64,000 bases of DNA. Source: Octopus sinensis (taxonomy: Eukaryota). The stretch is taken from positions 27,900,001 through 27,964,000 of the forward strand of contig NC_043001.1 of the NCBI RefSeq assembly GCF_006345805.1. Reading direction: 5' to 3'. Shown one piece after another: positions 26,966 through 40,334 of the stretch (position 1 is the first letter of the stretch; every line of letters begins with the position of its first letter). The notes below the pieces were generated by a model. The model had not been told where the DNA came from. It saw nothing but the letters and a program-made list of their open reading frames with translations, and ran no database searches. The position numbers were made by a program, and so were the translations under genes.

Positions 26966-27826
26966 GTATACATCTCTGTGTGTCTCTGCGGTTGTCCCTC
27001 CTCATCGTTTGACTTGCGGTGTTTGTGTATTTGTGTATTTAAGTATCCGCAACCTAGGGGTTCGTCATAAAAGAACGATATAATGAATATCAGTTTGTAC
27101 GACGGGATCGAAGTCCAATGACTGAAATAATTTAAAATAATTAAAAAATAAAATGGAAGATAAATTTATTTGTAAATTTAGCCCTGCGCTTTATCGTTAT
27201 TATTACCTCTTTTAACCCGTTATCCAGGTGTTATATTATAATGCATGTGAATCGGAAACACGTAGGCAATGTGAAATGGTTGCGAAGTCGAGCCTTTCAG
27301 TGTTCCGAAAATACTTTGGCAACCAACGGCAATGAAACAGTAGCAAACGTGAGCATTAAAATCTGGTCGATGATTCGGTTCAACGTGAATCAACCAACCA
27401 CGCCACTGCCTGAGCTAACATCCTGGGAATATAATAGCAAGCTGACTACTTCATTCTATAACCACGGTGTCATTTGTAAGCTTATGTTATTTTCATTCAC
27501 ATTCCTTTTTGCACTGCTTCCGATATTTTCAATAGGCCTAGTTAGCTGCCTTCACTACGGCAGCCATGAATATGATGTTGCTCTTTATTTTCAACCATAT
27601 CAGTTTTTAAAAAATTTCTTTATGAATATATTGCATAATTGTCGGCTGTTTTAACAAAAATTCGTTTTTGAAAATATTGTATTGAAGGCATCATTAGAGG
27701 CTTAAAAATCTCTCCCATCCCACACACTGTTGTGTTTTTGTCTATCCACACGGGCAGACATAGAGATACACATACGCATAGATCACTGTTCACAACACAC
27801 AGACAAGCACACTCATGCATGTTTTG

Positions 27827-27877
<51 letters not shown>

Positions 27878-27878
27878 T

Positions 27879-27913
<35 letters not shown>

Positions 27914-27938
27914 GTATGCATATATATATGTAAATGTT

Positions 27939-27969
<31 letters not shown>

Positions 27970-28197
27970 GTGTGTGTTGTGTGTGTGTGTGTAGATTTAA
28001 GCATGTATGTGTAAGAAACCAGCTACTGGGAAAAAGTGAAAAATAACCGCGCTGGAGGTAACAAAAGAAGAAAATTCAAACAAAATATATTTGTATTGTG
28101 CGTTACTGAATAATATATTTTGTACTGAGGAATGTAGTTAAACAAAACTATAGCGAATATCAGTGCCGCAGTTTAAATAAGTAATTAGAAAGAAATA

Positions 28198-28700
28198 TAG
28201 TAGGCTGCCACTAATCCGGCTAAATCAATAATCCGGCACTAATTTCGGCAAGAAAAATTTCAAATAATTTCAAATTTCCCGGGTTACCGCACCAACTGGC
28301 CGCTACAATTTGTTGGCGCTACTTGCTGCATAAACGCACTCGCGTCATTCGTAAACAAATGTAGAACTTTACAGGTTTTCTTTCTCATTTATTATTGTAC
28401 CTTTTTCCCTTTTTAGGTCCAGCCATGAATCCAATGCACAAAGCGTAAACACCGTATATTTCCCATAAAAGAAAAAGTTGGACTGTTGCAAAACCTTGAC
28501 AGGAGTGTGTCTCTGAAACGATTGTGTGAATATACAACATTGGATCTTCGACAGTTTACGACAAGAAAACAGAAAGACCAGTTACTCCGTTTCTTTGCTA
28601 ATAGTGAGTCAAAGAAGCAATCGATAATCGATAATCCGAAAAAATCACTAATCCAGCCCTTTCCAGGTCCCGACTTTGCTGCATAATCGGCAGTTAACTG
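28198..28700 (+). mobile_element. pogo/Tigger-derived internally deleted element retaining the CENP-B-type HTH coding remnant
   Basis: TA-flanked imperfect TIRs (TAGTAGGCTGCCACTAATCC / CAGTTAACTGCCGATTATGC); LDRSVSLKRLCEY...KQKDQLLRFFANSESKK resembles the Tigger/Jerky N-terminus. Confidence 0.7.
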
Positions 28701-28741
28701 TATAATATTTACATGTTACATTAACATGCGTGCATAAACTG

Positions 28742-29065
28742 GAAGCGCAATGGCCCAATGGTTAGAGCAGCGGACTCGCGATCGGAGGATCGCAGTTTCG
28801 ATTCCCAGACCGGGCGTTGTGTGTGTTTATTGAGCAAAAACACTTAAAAGTTCGATGAGGCTCCGGCAGGGGGTGGTGGCGACCCCTGTTGTACTCTTTC
28901 GCCCCAAATTTCTCTCACTCTTTCTTCCTTCCTGTTTCTTGAGTAACGCTGCCATGGACTGGCGTCCCGTCCAGCTGGAGGGGGTGGGGGAAACACATAC
29001 GCCACGGGAAACCGGGCCCATGAGCTGGCTAGGCTTGAAAAGGGCGCATAAATAAAAAAAAAACA
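28742..29065 (+). mobile_element. SINE family C (tRNA-Arg-like head, V-domain-like 3' part)
   Basis: GCGCAATGGCCCAATGGTTAGAGCAGCGGACTCGCGATC...GTTTCGATTCCC; ATGGACTGGCGTCCCGTCCAG. Confidence 0.85.
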
Positions 29066-29267
29066 CTTACTAGTTTTCCTTTTCCCCTTGTATAAATTTT
29101 ACAGTTTTCGTATTTAGTCCAAAGACAAAGACGTATTTACTTTACGATGATAACACAGATTGATCAAATTGGAAGTTGGGCCAGAAATGAAGATAGCATC
29201 ATTTCAGTTGATTGAATCAACTACAAATCTTGTGCTAAATAGGAACCATATACATATAAGGCGCAGA

Positions 29268-29425
29268 CGTGGCTGTGTGGTAAGAAGCTTGCTTCTCAAC
29301 AACATAGTTCCCGATTCAGTCCCACTGCATCGCACCTTGGGAAAGTGCCTTCTATTATAACCTCGGGCCGACTAAAGCCTTGTGTGTAGATCTGGTAAAC
29401 GGAAACTGAAAGAAGTCTGTCGTAT
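29268..29425 (+). mobile_element. SINE family B head and CORE-like domain
   Basis: GTGGCTGTGTGGTAAGAAGCTTGC...GCACCTTGGGAAAGTGCC. Confidence 0.85.
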
Positions 29426-29428
29426 ATA

Positions 29429-29955
29429 CTGGGGTTGAACAAAATAATGGAAACATCGCATCGTAGCATCATAATTTTGGAATATCTATAAAACCGTCGA
29501 AAGCTTGTTTATTTTTATGTTTTTTTTTGTTTATTATTAGTGTTGCTTAATATGTTTTGCTAAAATTGCTGTTTCTTTTCAGATATCATCAGAAAAAGGT
29601 AATTAAAATTCACTAAAATGACAGATCTATCGGACTTTCAAAGAGTTCAAATTGTTGGTGGTCGTATGGCAGACGCTAGCGTAACGAAAACAGCCGAAAT
29701 GTTTGGTGTATCAAGAAGTACTGTCTCGAAAGTAATGACAGTCTTTGAGAAAGAGGGAAAAACCTCTTCGTCGAAACAAAACTCTGGAAGAAAACCAAAA
29801 CTTTCAGATAGGGACCGTCGGACTCTTACGCGAATTGTTAGAAAGGATCTCAAAAGTACAACTCCCAGAATTACTGCAGGGCTTAACGACAACCTCGAGA
29901 ACCCAGTTTCCACAAAAAACTGTTCGCCGGGAGCTGCACAAAGCCGGGCACACTT
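29429..29955 (+). mobile_element. Tc1-family transposon 5' fragment (TIR plus transposase DNA-binding domain)
   Basis: TA|CTGGGGTTGAACAAAATAATGGAAACA; MTDLSDFQRVQIVG..ASVTKTAEMFGVSRSTVSKVM...SGRKPKLSDRDRRTLTRIV...NPVSTK/TVRRELHKAG (frameshift), then truncated. Confidence 0.9.
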
Positions 29956-30193
29956 TTGCTTTTTAATCGATATTTTTACTGCTCTAAATGGATGAAAAGA
30001 TGATCGAGAACATTGAGATGAATTGGATTTAGGGCCAAAAGGAAGTTTACAAAACAAAAGAAGGTATTTTGTATGAAGCACTGCAGATTCTGCCATCCAC
30101 ACACTGAGCAGTATTAAGTAAAGAAAATGGTTATGACTGAGAATTGCATCCTTATCACTGGAGCAGTGTGTGTGTGCGTGTGTGAGAGAGAGG

Positions 30194-30245
<52 letters not shown>

Positions 30246-30694
30246 GGCGAGAGAGTATGCCTTAGTTCTACTATTCAACGGAATACATCAGCACAAGCTA
30301 TGTTAATGCTGAAAATGACAAATGACACTGAAGTCAGTTGTTCAGAAAAACGGATAATAAATTCGTCAACTGAGGCAACGGAACCGTAAAAATTGATAAA
30401 AAGAAAAGGAAGAAGTTAATGAATAAATAAATAAACAAAAGAATAATTGAAAGACAGAATGAACGAGTATCATAAATAGATGACTTTGGCAATAGCGTTC
30501 CGAAAGAAGGGTTTATTAAACGCAGCAACGCAACGCAGGTTAAATGTGGTCAGCTATGAATCATAAATAAATTAAGCGAACGGCCATGTTTGTAACAGAT
30601 GAAGATATGTGAACACCTCTGACCTACACCCACTGTTTCCTTCCTCCTTTGTTTCTTTGTTTGTTTCTTTCTTTCTATAATCACCGCCACCACT

Positions 30695-30725
<31 letters not shown>

Positions 30726-31124
30726 TCATCGTCACTCATTCATCTTTCTTATTCTTCTCGATCTCCTCATAAAACCACCCCAACTCAAGCCGCATTTCCT
30801 TCATTGTGTTTTCCCTTCGTTCCCCCACTCTCCTTCATCATCCCCGCTGCCTTTCTTCCTTATAAACCTACTAACATTATTTATTACATATTTCGCCTCT
30901 CACACATCTCTGCCTTCCTTATCTATATCCTCTAACTCATTTTCACCCGTAAAGAGACAGTTATCTTAATCATAAATAAAGTACTAGGAATAAAGAAACG
31001 GTTGCATTACAGATTCCTAATAGAATCTGAGTATTCTAGCTAAGATTGGCCGATCTATTAATAAATATATAATAATTTTCGCTAAGTTCTCTCGAAGAAA
31101 TCTTTTTAAATTATTATTTTTACA

Positions 31125-31312
31125 CGCGAAGAATTCTATCAGAATTACTATCTTGGTTTCACTTGTCTTTACGTCCTGAGTTGAGGTTACGCCGAGGTTG
31201 ACATTTTTTTCGTCCTTTCGAAGTCGATAACTTAAGTACCAGTTGCATACTGGGGCCGATCTAATCGACTGGTCCCTCCCCAAAATTTCAGGCTTTGAGA
31301 CTAGAATAGAAA

Positions 31313-31315
<3 letters not shown>
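31125..31315 (+). mobile_element. SINE family A, tail type 2
   Basis: GTACCAGTTGCATACTGGGGCCGATCTAATCGACTGG.CCCTCCCCAAAATTTC. Confidence 0.8.
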
Positions 31316-31343
<28 letters not shown>

Positions 31344-31392
31344 TACTGTCTATGTTCTTATACACATACATATACATACGTACAAACGTGTG

Positions 31393-31424
<32 letters not shown>

Positions 31425-31730
31425 TTTGTACGTATGTATATGTATGTGTATATGAACATAGACAGTATGTTTTGTAATAGCTTCTGCGAAAATATAAAGT
31501 GTGTCAGGCATACGAGAATACAAGAAAAATATGTATACGGACACACTTCTACATGTATAATCCACACACACACACTCACACATACACACAAACGAACACA
31601 CACATACACATACACGCTCATACACGCGCGCGCACTGAAACATATTTGCCTACAAAGTTTTATACAACAAATCAATCAATGAATCAAAAAATCGATCCAT
31701 CCATCCATCCATCTATCCATCCATCCATCC

Positions 31731-31808
<78 letters not shown>

Positions 31809-32319
31809 ACTACCTCCGCTATTTAGAATTGCTCTGCTTGTTATCTATGGATATTATCATTTTAACGACCACTATCAATGCTTGCAAATCCCTCTTAACA
31901 TTATCGTCTTGCAATACTTCCATAAAGAAACGAAAAGGTTACCAATGGTTCAGTTTTCTGCCGTTTATACAAAAGACTTTGAGATGTCGAGTGGAGATGT
32001 TAAACAGCGTAACTACAATGGCCGACATAGCAGACGATAATGCTGTGTTCTGAAAGCATTGTATTCTGGAGAAAAGACTCATTGTTGCTTCTAAGTACTC
32101 AAGGGAGATGAAGGAAAAAATACATTCATCGGCATTATTTTTATCTGCATTTATAAATACGGTAGTAATGGTTAGAACTTTTGTGTCTGTGAGTGTGTCT
32201 GCAGATATATTTGCGTTGCGATGCGAGTGCCTATAAATACATGTATGCATACAGGCACACACGCGTGCGCGCAAACACACACACACGCACAGACACACAC
32301 ACACACACACACACATAGA

Positions 32320-32360
<41 letters not shown>

Positions 32361-32403
32361 CGCATGTTTGTATAAGGGAGATAGGAAGGAAAAGAAAGGA
32401 AGT

Positions 32404-32440
<37 letters not shown>

Positions 32441-32894
32441 GGAATGAGTATAAGAGAGTAAAAAAAGAGAAAGGCCCAAAAGGAGAGACATTAAAGTTAT
32501 GACTAAATAAAAAAAGTTCCTAGTAAAATATTGTTTTTTTGTAAGCCTTGATTAAACATGTCGCTGGTCAAATATGTTCTAGCCAAGAGAAATTCGGTTT
32601 ACTTTCAGATATATAATATACATATGATATACATTATCCAATGCGTCTTCCACTTTTAACATATTGCACTGTGATTTGACGGGGGAATTTGGTTGCTACT
32701 TTCAGTAGGTTGTGTAAACCCGTAGATACTCCATGGTTGACACGTCCTTCAAAATATACTGGAAGATGGAGTAAGAGATAACCTTGTAGTTGAAGATTCC
32801 ACTTCGGCAGTATCTAATCGTCGCTTATTGACATCGCAATCGCCTGCTCTAAATTTCTTATTCGGTCGCTTTATTATTTTAGATTCGTTAATGC

Positions 32895-33030
32895 AGCGAG
32901 CTGGCAGAAAATGACTTTACCTTTCATCCTTTCGGGGTCAATGAAATTAGTAACAGCCGACAATAGGGATCGATGGAACTGACTAACCTCCCGCCCGGCC
33001 TGAGTTCAGCCCTTGTGTTTATGATAAAAA
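32895..33030 (+). mobile_element. SINE family A, internally deleted
   Basis: GCGAGCTGGCAGAAA joined to GACTTTACCTTTCATCCTTTCGGGGTC. Confidence 0.75.
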
Positions 33031-35184
33031 AGATTTCAGACTCCTTGTTCAATAGTTTAGTTAACAATACAAAAAAATCAGCTTTTGTATCACAAAAATC
33101 CATAAATTCTCGTATCATCAAAATTTAGAGTATGTTTGTGTCCGTTTTTTTCTTTTGCAAATTCATTAGGATTCTTCTTCTTATTAATTTCTCTGCTGTT
33201 TGTTATTTGAACTCACTGACGGCTAACGTTAGACATAGCCAATTAGTAAATTAATCTATTTAATATATTTGTTTCTAACGATATTTCAAACTGGTAATGA
33301 TATGAAATACATGAATCTAAAAGTATATAAAATGTGTGATTAAACGCTTTTATAAGCGTTTATCACAAGGGAAATAACTTTATAAGTGAAAGCAAAACAT
33401 TAAAATTTCTACCTACAATTACCTTATATTTCCACTCATGCCTTAATTCTGTCCGTCCGTCTGTGTGTATACATACATACATACATACACATATATATAT
33501 GTCTGTCTGTCTGTCCATCAGTCTGTATACATGCATACATACATACATACATACATACATACATACATACATACATACATACGCACGTACATACTACATA
33601 CATACATACATACATACACATACATACATACATACATACATACGTGCATGCATACATATATGCGTACATATACATATATATATATAATCTTATAAAAACG
33701 ACAGGTCTTGTTAAATACAGATACTCAGGGTTTCCTGGGCCGAAACAATACTTTGTTTTGCCATTTTTCAAACTAAGAGCATGAGCGTTTGTCAGTTACC
33801 TTACCACATAAAATATGTGTGTGTGAGTATGTGTGTGTGTGGTTCAAATTCATAAAAAGAACAAAAAAAAACAAAAAGACAGAAGATAGAGACGGGCGAG
33901 GGAAACAACAAACATGGTAAATTAGTTTGACGCTCAGGAAAAATGGAAATCTTTCACGTTTCTAGCCTACACTGGAGAAGATTGAGGTTTTGCTAGGCTG
34001 AATTGTACTTTCTCTATCTGTATGAAAATAAAACCTAGCTTTTGCTAGTGATTTTACGATTCGTTATGGATAGGAACACATTTCCTGTAAGTTGCATTGT
34101 GGTACGTTGTATCAAACTTTAGATCGTATATATATCTTTGTTTTATATCCTTAGATTGCGGATATATTTTAACGAAGCGAGGGTAAAGCACTGTATTCAC
34201 AGACGTTAACTATCGACAATCATCACGCAATACTCCAACGCCTTCTTCTCCCGTGTCTCAACGAGATACGCTACTCTTTATCAGAGTTCGACGAGTCCAC
34301 CTTTTAATCACACAGGAGTGTTAATGTCTATCATCACAACACTTTGTATTTGGGTATCCAATTCGCACAATATTCATACCTGATTCTATGAATATGTATG
34401 TATTTGAGTTTGGTATGATCGTCACTTCTTTAAACATTCTGATAAAGTAATAGGCAATACGCCAGTCTCATAACCGACCCCTCTCTCTTTTCTCTTATGC
34501 TATCATCTCTGTACAAGTCGCTTTATGTCTGTATGTGTATATGCATATATATATATGCATGTATATGGGTTTTCTGGTGCCTGTAACAGCCAAGACGACA
34601 CAGAGAGAGTTGATTTCATACAGAGTCGTACCTGACTGGCAGCTATCTCTCGCTAAGATTATATTCCTCCATAAAATGCTCCTCAGACCAGTCATTAGAA
34701 CGTGTCACGAGGTTCCGGCGTTTCCAGGAAATTTCCTTAGTTCTATGTAATGTAGCTAATAACTATAATTAAATGCTCGTGCCAAGCTCGATGGACTTTT
34801 TTTTCCCTCCATTTTGTTAGCGTATCGCCGTGTTGGTGCTGGTGGTAATGGCGTTAGCAGTAAATTCGGAGAAGGATAATTCTCGTGTTGGTTGGCATAA
34901 CGTTTGGTGGTGATGTCAGAACAAACTCTCTAACTCGTTTGGACGTTGAAGATAATGTTGATGCTGACAAGTTTATTCTGATACCTGTTCTCTCTCTCTC
35001 TCTCCCTCTCACTCTGCCTTTCTCTGATTCTCCGTCTCTGTCTTTGTCTGTATGTCTGTCTGTCTGCTTGCCTGCCTGCCTACCTACCTGTCTGTCTGTC
35101 TGTCTGTTTGTCTGTTTGTCTGTCTCACTCACTCTCTCTTTTTGTCTCTCCTGTATCTTTTTATGTTAATGGTAGTCAGAACGA

Positions 35185-35259
35185 ACTACTACTACTACTA
35201 CAACTACTACTACTACTACTACCACCACCACCACCACCACCACCACCACCACCACCACC

Positions 35260-35328
<69 letters not shown>

Positions 35329-35440
35329 GTTGTTGTTGTTACTGCTGCTGCTGCTGCTACTACTACCACTACTACTACTACTGTTGTTGTTGCTGCTGCT
35401 ACTACTACTACTACTACTGTTGTTATTGCTGCTGCTGATG

Positions 35441-35475
<35 letters not shown>

Positions 35476-35584
35476 GTTGTTGTTACTGCTGCTGCTGCTG
35501 CTACTACTACCACTACTACTACTACTGTTGTTGTTGCTGCTGCTACTACTACTACTACTACTGTTGTTATTGCTGCTGCTGATG

Positions 35585-35622
<38 letters not shown>

Positions 35623-35653
35623 GTTGTTGGTGTTACTGCTGCTGCTGCTGCTG

Positions 35654-35691
<38 letters not shown>

Positions 35692-35720
35692 GCAACTACT
35701 ACAACTACAACAACTACTAC
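35185..35720. repeat. Compound trinucleotide tract (CTA/CCA/TTG/CTG) with ~146-bp higher-order duplication
   Basis: Block CTGTTGTTG..TTACTGCTGCTGCTGCTGCTAC recurs at ~35328, ~35473 and ~35621. Confidence 0.9.
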
Positions 35721-36371
35721 TGCGTGCGTCACTGTTCTATGTGCCTAACAAAATACTGTTTTAAGTTTTTACGTTTGATTTTGCTCTCTTCGCCCCCCCC
35801 TCACCCACGGTCGACACTAGAATAGGAATATGTTCACGCCCACATATCTTCACCTACAAACATTATACCTTCATAGTCATATGTTTTCCTACCACTTTTT
35901 CCTTGTTTTGCCTTTTTACCTTACGAAGAAAGGTGCAACACCAAGAGAAGCATAAACACATATATACACTCATATATACGCACTAGTATATAACTATACA
36001 CGTATATGTAATCACACACTTGCATACGCACATACATACATAAATGCATAATAGATATGTGTGTATGTATGCATATATATACACATATACATCCATACAT
36101 AAGTACATACATACATACATACGCACACACACACACACACATACACACACACACATATATATATACTCTGCTTTTACTTTATGTGTTTTAGGAAGATAAG
36201 AAACGAAGCCACACTCTTAGAAAATATATATACATATATGCACGCCATACACGCGTACATCCAACATACATTGACAGCCATACACACATGCATACACACA
36301 TGCATACACACACGAACACACACATACATACACACATATATTATATATATATATATGTATGTATGTATGTA

Positions 36372-36407
<36 letters not shown>

Positions 36408-36599
36408 TGTATGTATCTATCTCTCTATCTAACTATCTATCTATATAATTATATATATGCATGTATGTATGTATATATTTGTATATACAACTACACAATT
36501 CTCCCATACATGCGTGCGCGCACACAAGATATGTTCCGGACATATCTTGTCACTCACCGTAATTATCTCATGATGCACTAGCACCTGGATCTGAAGTTT

Positions 36600-37200
36600 G
36601 CCTCCACCGTAACACGAATCATTCGATCCATCCATTCGCTTCTGCCAGCGGCTGTTTTCGGTTTAAGTTCTACTGCAACCACTCACCTCAAATCTGTTTC
36701 GAAAGAGCGCTTCTCTTAGTGATGTACAAAGTATGCGTGAAGTATGCTGGCGTTTCAGTCTATATATATATGATAGCGTTTCAATCTGTATGCGCGATGG
36801 CATTTCAATAGTTAGACAATAGATAATTAATAAATAATTATCAGCATTTCTGTGAAATAGATTCTTTAATCGTGATCGTCTCCTGAAGCATTCATTGTAC
36901 TTTGTCTTCGAATTGAATACGAATAAAAACATATAAAAGAAAATTTTCGATTTTGGATTTGGTTTGCAAGATTCTTTATATATGTTCGTGTGTTGAAGCA
37001 TATTCTGTCGTGTCTGGGGAGAGTCATTTTCTTTTTGTGCCTTAAACACACTAACCGGTAAAATTTCCACTTATTTCTTATTTTTATTTTCCTAAAATTT
37101 TCGTTGCGTCTTGCAAACTTTTCAATAGTCAAGACTATTGCAACCTTTTTTGATGCGTCTTTCAACCTTTTCAATAGTTAAGACTATTGAAAAGGTTGCA
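36600..37200. mobile_element. Unclassified interspersed repeat (probable non-autonomous DNA element) ending in hairpins
   Basis: TTTTCAATAGT motif three times; terminal 16-bp perfect stem 37163-37198. Confidence 0.4.
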
Positions 37201-37419
37201 ACCCTTCACAGCGGTACCCCAGCGCGGCTGCAGTTTTGTAACTGAAGCTAGTAAAAAAATAGAGATCTTGTTTTCCATCTCACAAACATCTGCTCCTCTT
37301 CTAAATATAGGTGGAATCCCAACTGGAACCCAGTTCGAAGTAAATGAAAAAAAAATGATCTCACAAGATAGAACATCAATCGACTACCAATAGCCATATC
37401 ATGTAACAAGATTAGATTT

Positions 37420-37790
37420 TTAAGTATCTTTCCAAATGCCGCAGAACGTCCTCGTAGCAAAAATCGACCCACGAATCACGAATCCATCGTACGACATATT
37501 TCCTATGCGTTCACTTCAAAATCTTGTAGTTCTAGATGTTTTAAATGTTTAACTCAGACTATGCCTTCTCAAGGTTGCCGAGGCTTGCAGGAGGGAAATA
37601 GGCATCTTCAAACTGGAAGCTTGATCAGAATTTATACAGCAAAGAAAACTCCCCTAAAGGTTCTCTTAGCGCCAGATAGTGATGTTAAACCGGTTGATGG
37701 ACGACGTCCCACTATGCGATACATTCGGCAAGTATCTTCCACCAAGAGCCTTGAGTACCTCAAAACCTTATGAGTGATATGTCGCATTTT
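37420..37790 (+). mobile_element. Possible highly degenerate RTE-clade C-terminus
   Basis: FQMPQNVL..RITN and KVLLA...GRRPTMRYIRQV weakly echo RTE C-terminal motifs. Confidence 0.3.
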
Positions 37791-38279
37791 CTGAGAGTTT
37801 GTACTCTGTGATGTAATCTACAGCAAATGTTAATTAGAATAAAGAATTCAAAAGAATTTAACACGGAAATTACTGTTACTTTCAACAAATTTTCTTTAAA
37901 AGGAAATGGTGCGTTAACTTACCGAAAGGTTCCAATCTGGGAAAGCTTCTTGGTCGATGGAAGCTACTCTCTTCACATAGGCGCGAACGTGTGGATGCGA
38001 CATGATCGGTTGTAGCAAAAAAGATGACTTTCGCCAAGAGTAAGTGTATTGAAGTTTTAGAGATGGGTTAGGGGTGATAAATGTTCTAAGCTGTTGACAT
38101 GGTAACGGATGAAGTTTTATGAGCGCTGAAACAAGCCTTGGCCCTCTCGTACTGGTTAAAATTTTACTGATATGTTGGAGCAGTATCTTGATGGTTCACA
38201 GCTCAGTTTGTTTAATCTGGAAGATAAAAGAACGAACGAATATACTTGTATGCTTACATAATTACCACATAGACACACT

Positions 38280-38342
<63 letters not shown>

Positions 38343-39144
38343 CAGAAGGTTTGAAAATGCAATTTTAAAGATATTATTCACTTGACTGGTTTCACTATTT
38401 TAGTAAAAGATTGTCAAAAGTAAAATGTAAAGATTTGTAAAAGCTTTGTTGTGTTAAGTACTGGTTGTCACAAAATATTTCAATACTTATATACATTCTT
38501 TGGTAATAATAAAAAAATGTTAAAAACAGTTTACAAGGAAATATCTTGAGAAAATATTAAACAAAATTTCAAAAAATATATATTAGGATTTTTGTACAAT
38601 TTCACTTTGCTATATATATATATATTATATTATATATATATATATTAACTCACTTGGAAAAGGATGCGTGGCGTTCGATCATATTATTTATATTATATAT
38701 ATATATATATATATACATGAATACATACATATGCGTTTGTTTTTACAAAAGAAGAAACGAAACAATGATACTCAATGCATATAACAAAGTTTAATAGTAA
38801 TTCAAAATTCAGGTTTTATTCCCTCGCCTCGATGCTTCCACTTCCCCGTTTCTTGTACGTTTTAGAAACTGAAAACTAGGAGTAGTGAAGACATAAAGAT
38901 TGATTTCCGACTTTAGAAGAGACGTGTATGGATTACATGTAATATGTTGTAATATTACAAAATCATTTTTATTCTTGAAATAAGATGTATCACATATTGT
39001 TGAAATGCACGTAACACAAGAACAAATGTAATAACATGGTTTCCACTCTTGGATGTCACGGTGTGGAATCGAACCTAGCATCAGGTAATTGCGCATCTTT
39101 TATCTCTTAACTGTATCTTGTTTTAGTCATTGTACTGCGCCCAT

Positions 39145-39360
39145 AAGGCGGCGAGCAGGCAGAAACGTTTGCACGCCGGGCCAAATATTTAGCACTATTT
39201 CATCTGTCTTTACGCTCTGAGTTCAAATTTCGCCGAGGTCCACTTTTCCTTTCATCCTGTCGGGGTCGATAAATAAAGTACCAGTTGCGTACTGGGGCCG
39301 ATCTAATCGACTGGCCCCCTCCCCCCAAATTTCGAGCCTTCTGCCTAGAGTAGAAAAAGT
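39145..39360 (+). mobile_element. SINE family A monomer, tail type 2, with 15-bp TSD
   Basis: TTGTACTGCGCCCAT at 39130-39144 and 39361-39375. Confidence 0.93.
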
Positions 39361-39435
39361 TTGTACTGCGCCCATTCTGTCTATTTACTTCCACAACAAC
39401 AACAACATCAACAACAACAGCAACAACAGCGGTAA

Positions 39436-39630
39436 GTGGAGGTGCAATGGCCCAGTGGTTAGGGCAGCAGAGTCGCGGTCGTAAGAACCTGGTTTTGATT
39501 CCCAGACCGGGCATTGTGAGTGTTTATTGAGCAAAGACACCTAAGCTCCACGAGGCTCCGGCGGGGCGGGGTGGTGAACCCCACTGTACTCTTTAACCAC
39601 AACTTTCTCTCACTCTTTCTTCCTACTTCT
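39436..39630 (+). mobile_element. SINE family C 5' part
   Basis: GGAGGTGCAATGGCCCAGTGGTTAGGGCAGCAGAGTCGCGGTCG. Confidence 0.85.
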
Positions 39631-40024
39631 GCCACAAAGCAGAGGAACCATGGTGTAACCCACTATGGTGTGGTAAACTCTCAGACCCTAGTCTAGATTG
39701 CGAATCCTCTTTACCCCAGGATGGTTAAGCTCTCTACCCGTTAAAAGCCACCGTTAAAAGAAGAAGAAGAAGAAGAAGAAGAAGAAGAAGAAGAAGAAAG
39801 AAGAAGAAGAAGAAGAAGAAGAAGAAGATGAAGACAACAACAACAATGACACCAATAATAATAGTTTCTTCATTTTCTTCTCTATGTTGCATTAAAGCTG
39901 ATTTCCCAAGACAAACTGTTTTGCTCAATTAGAGAAACAATGCTAAACATTCTTCCTATTCTTTTATATCGAATCATGTCAATTGCTTACCTGTAAACAT
40001 CATATACATACATACGTGTATATA

Positions 40025-40064
<40 letters not shown>

Positions 40065-40084
40065 GCCATGATAGATCGTTAGCC

Positions 40085-40255
40085 ACTACACACATTCTTT
40101 TTCTCTCCTTGTTTTTTTTCTGTGTCCCTTTCTGTAGAAGAGCGTTGGCTCGAAATGTAAAATACTTTTTCTATTCCTGAGCGTTATACTAATACATCTG
40201 TTTGTTTTGTACACCATCTGTTTTCGTCTTTTCTTTTCGTAAACTGTCCCTATGT
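40085..40255 (+). mobile_element. PLE-type pseudo-LTR repeat containing a degenerate hammerhead (40127-40165)
   Basis: CUGUAGA-A-GAGC-GUUG-GCUC-GAAA-UG-UA; downstream TTCTATTCCTGAGCG.ATACTAATACAT is shared with 47280-47405 and, reversed, with ~33920 and ~44850. Confidence 0.65.
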
Positions 40256-40296
40256 ATATATATATATATATATATACATACACACACACACACAAA

Positions 40297-40334
<38 letters not shown>

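Noticed and set aside
27241-27654. 137-aa non-repetitive ORF
   Set aside because: No recognisable motif or convincing exon boundaries; length is attainable by chance in 64 kb.
28742-28815. tRNA-Arg-like sequence as a tRNA gene (also 39436, 58068, 60421)
   Set aside because: Continues directly into SINE body sequence and has no proper acceptor stem or T-run terminator.
32718-32728. AACCCGTAGAT, the first 11 nt of miR-100
   Set aside because: Match stops at 11 nt, lies in a family G repeat and has no hairpin.
35108-35764. 218-aa poly-Leu ORF, and all MYVC/HTYI/YLSI/IYIY-type ORFs
   Set aside because: Translations of microsatellites, with no protein-like complexity or splice context.
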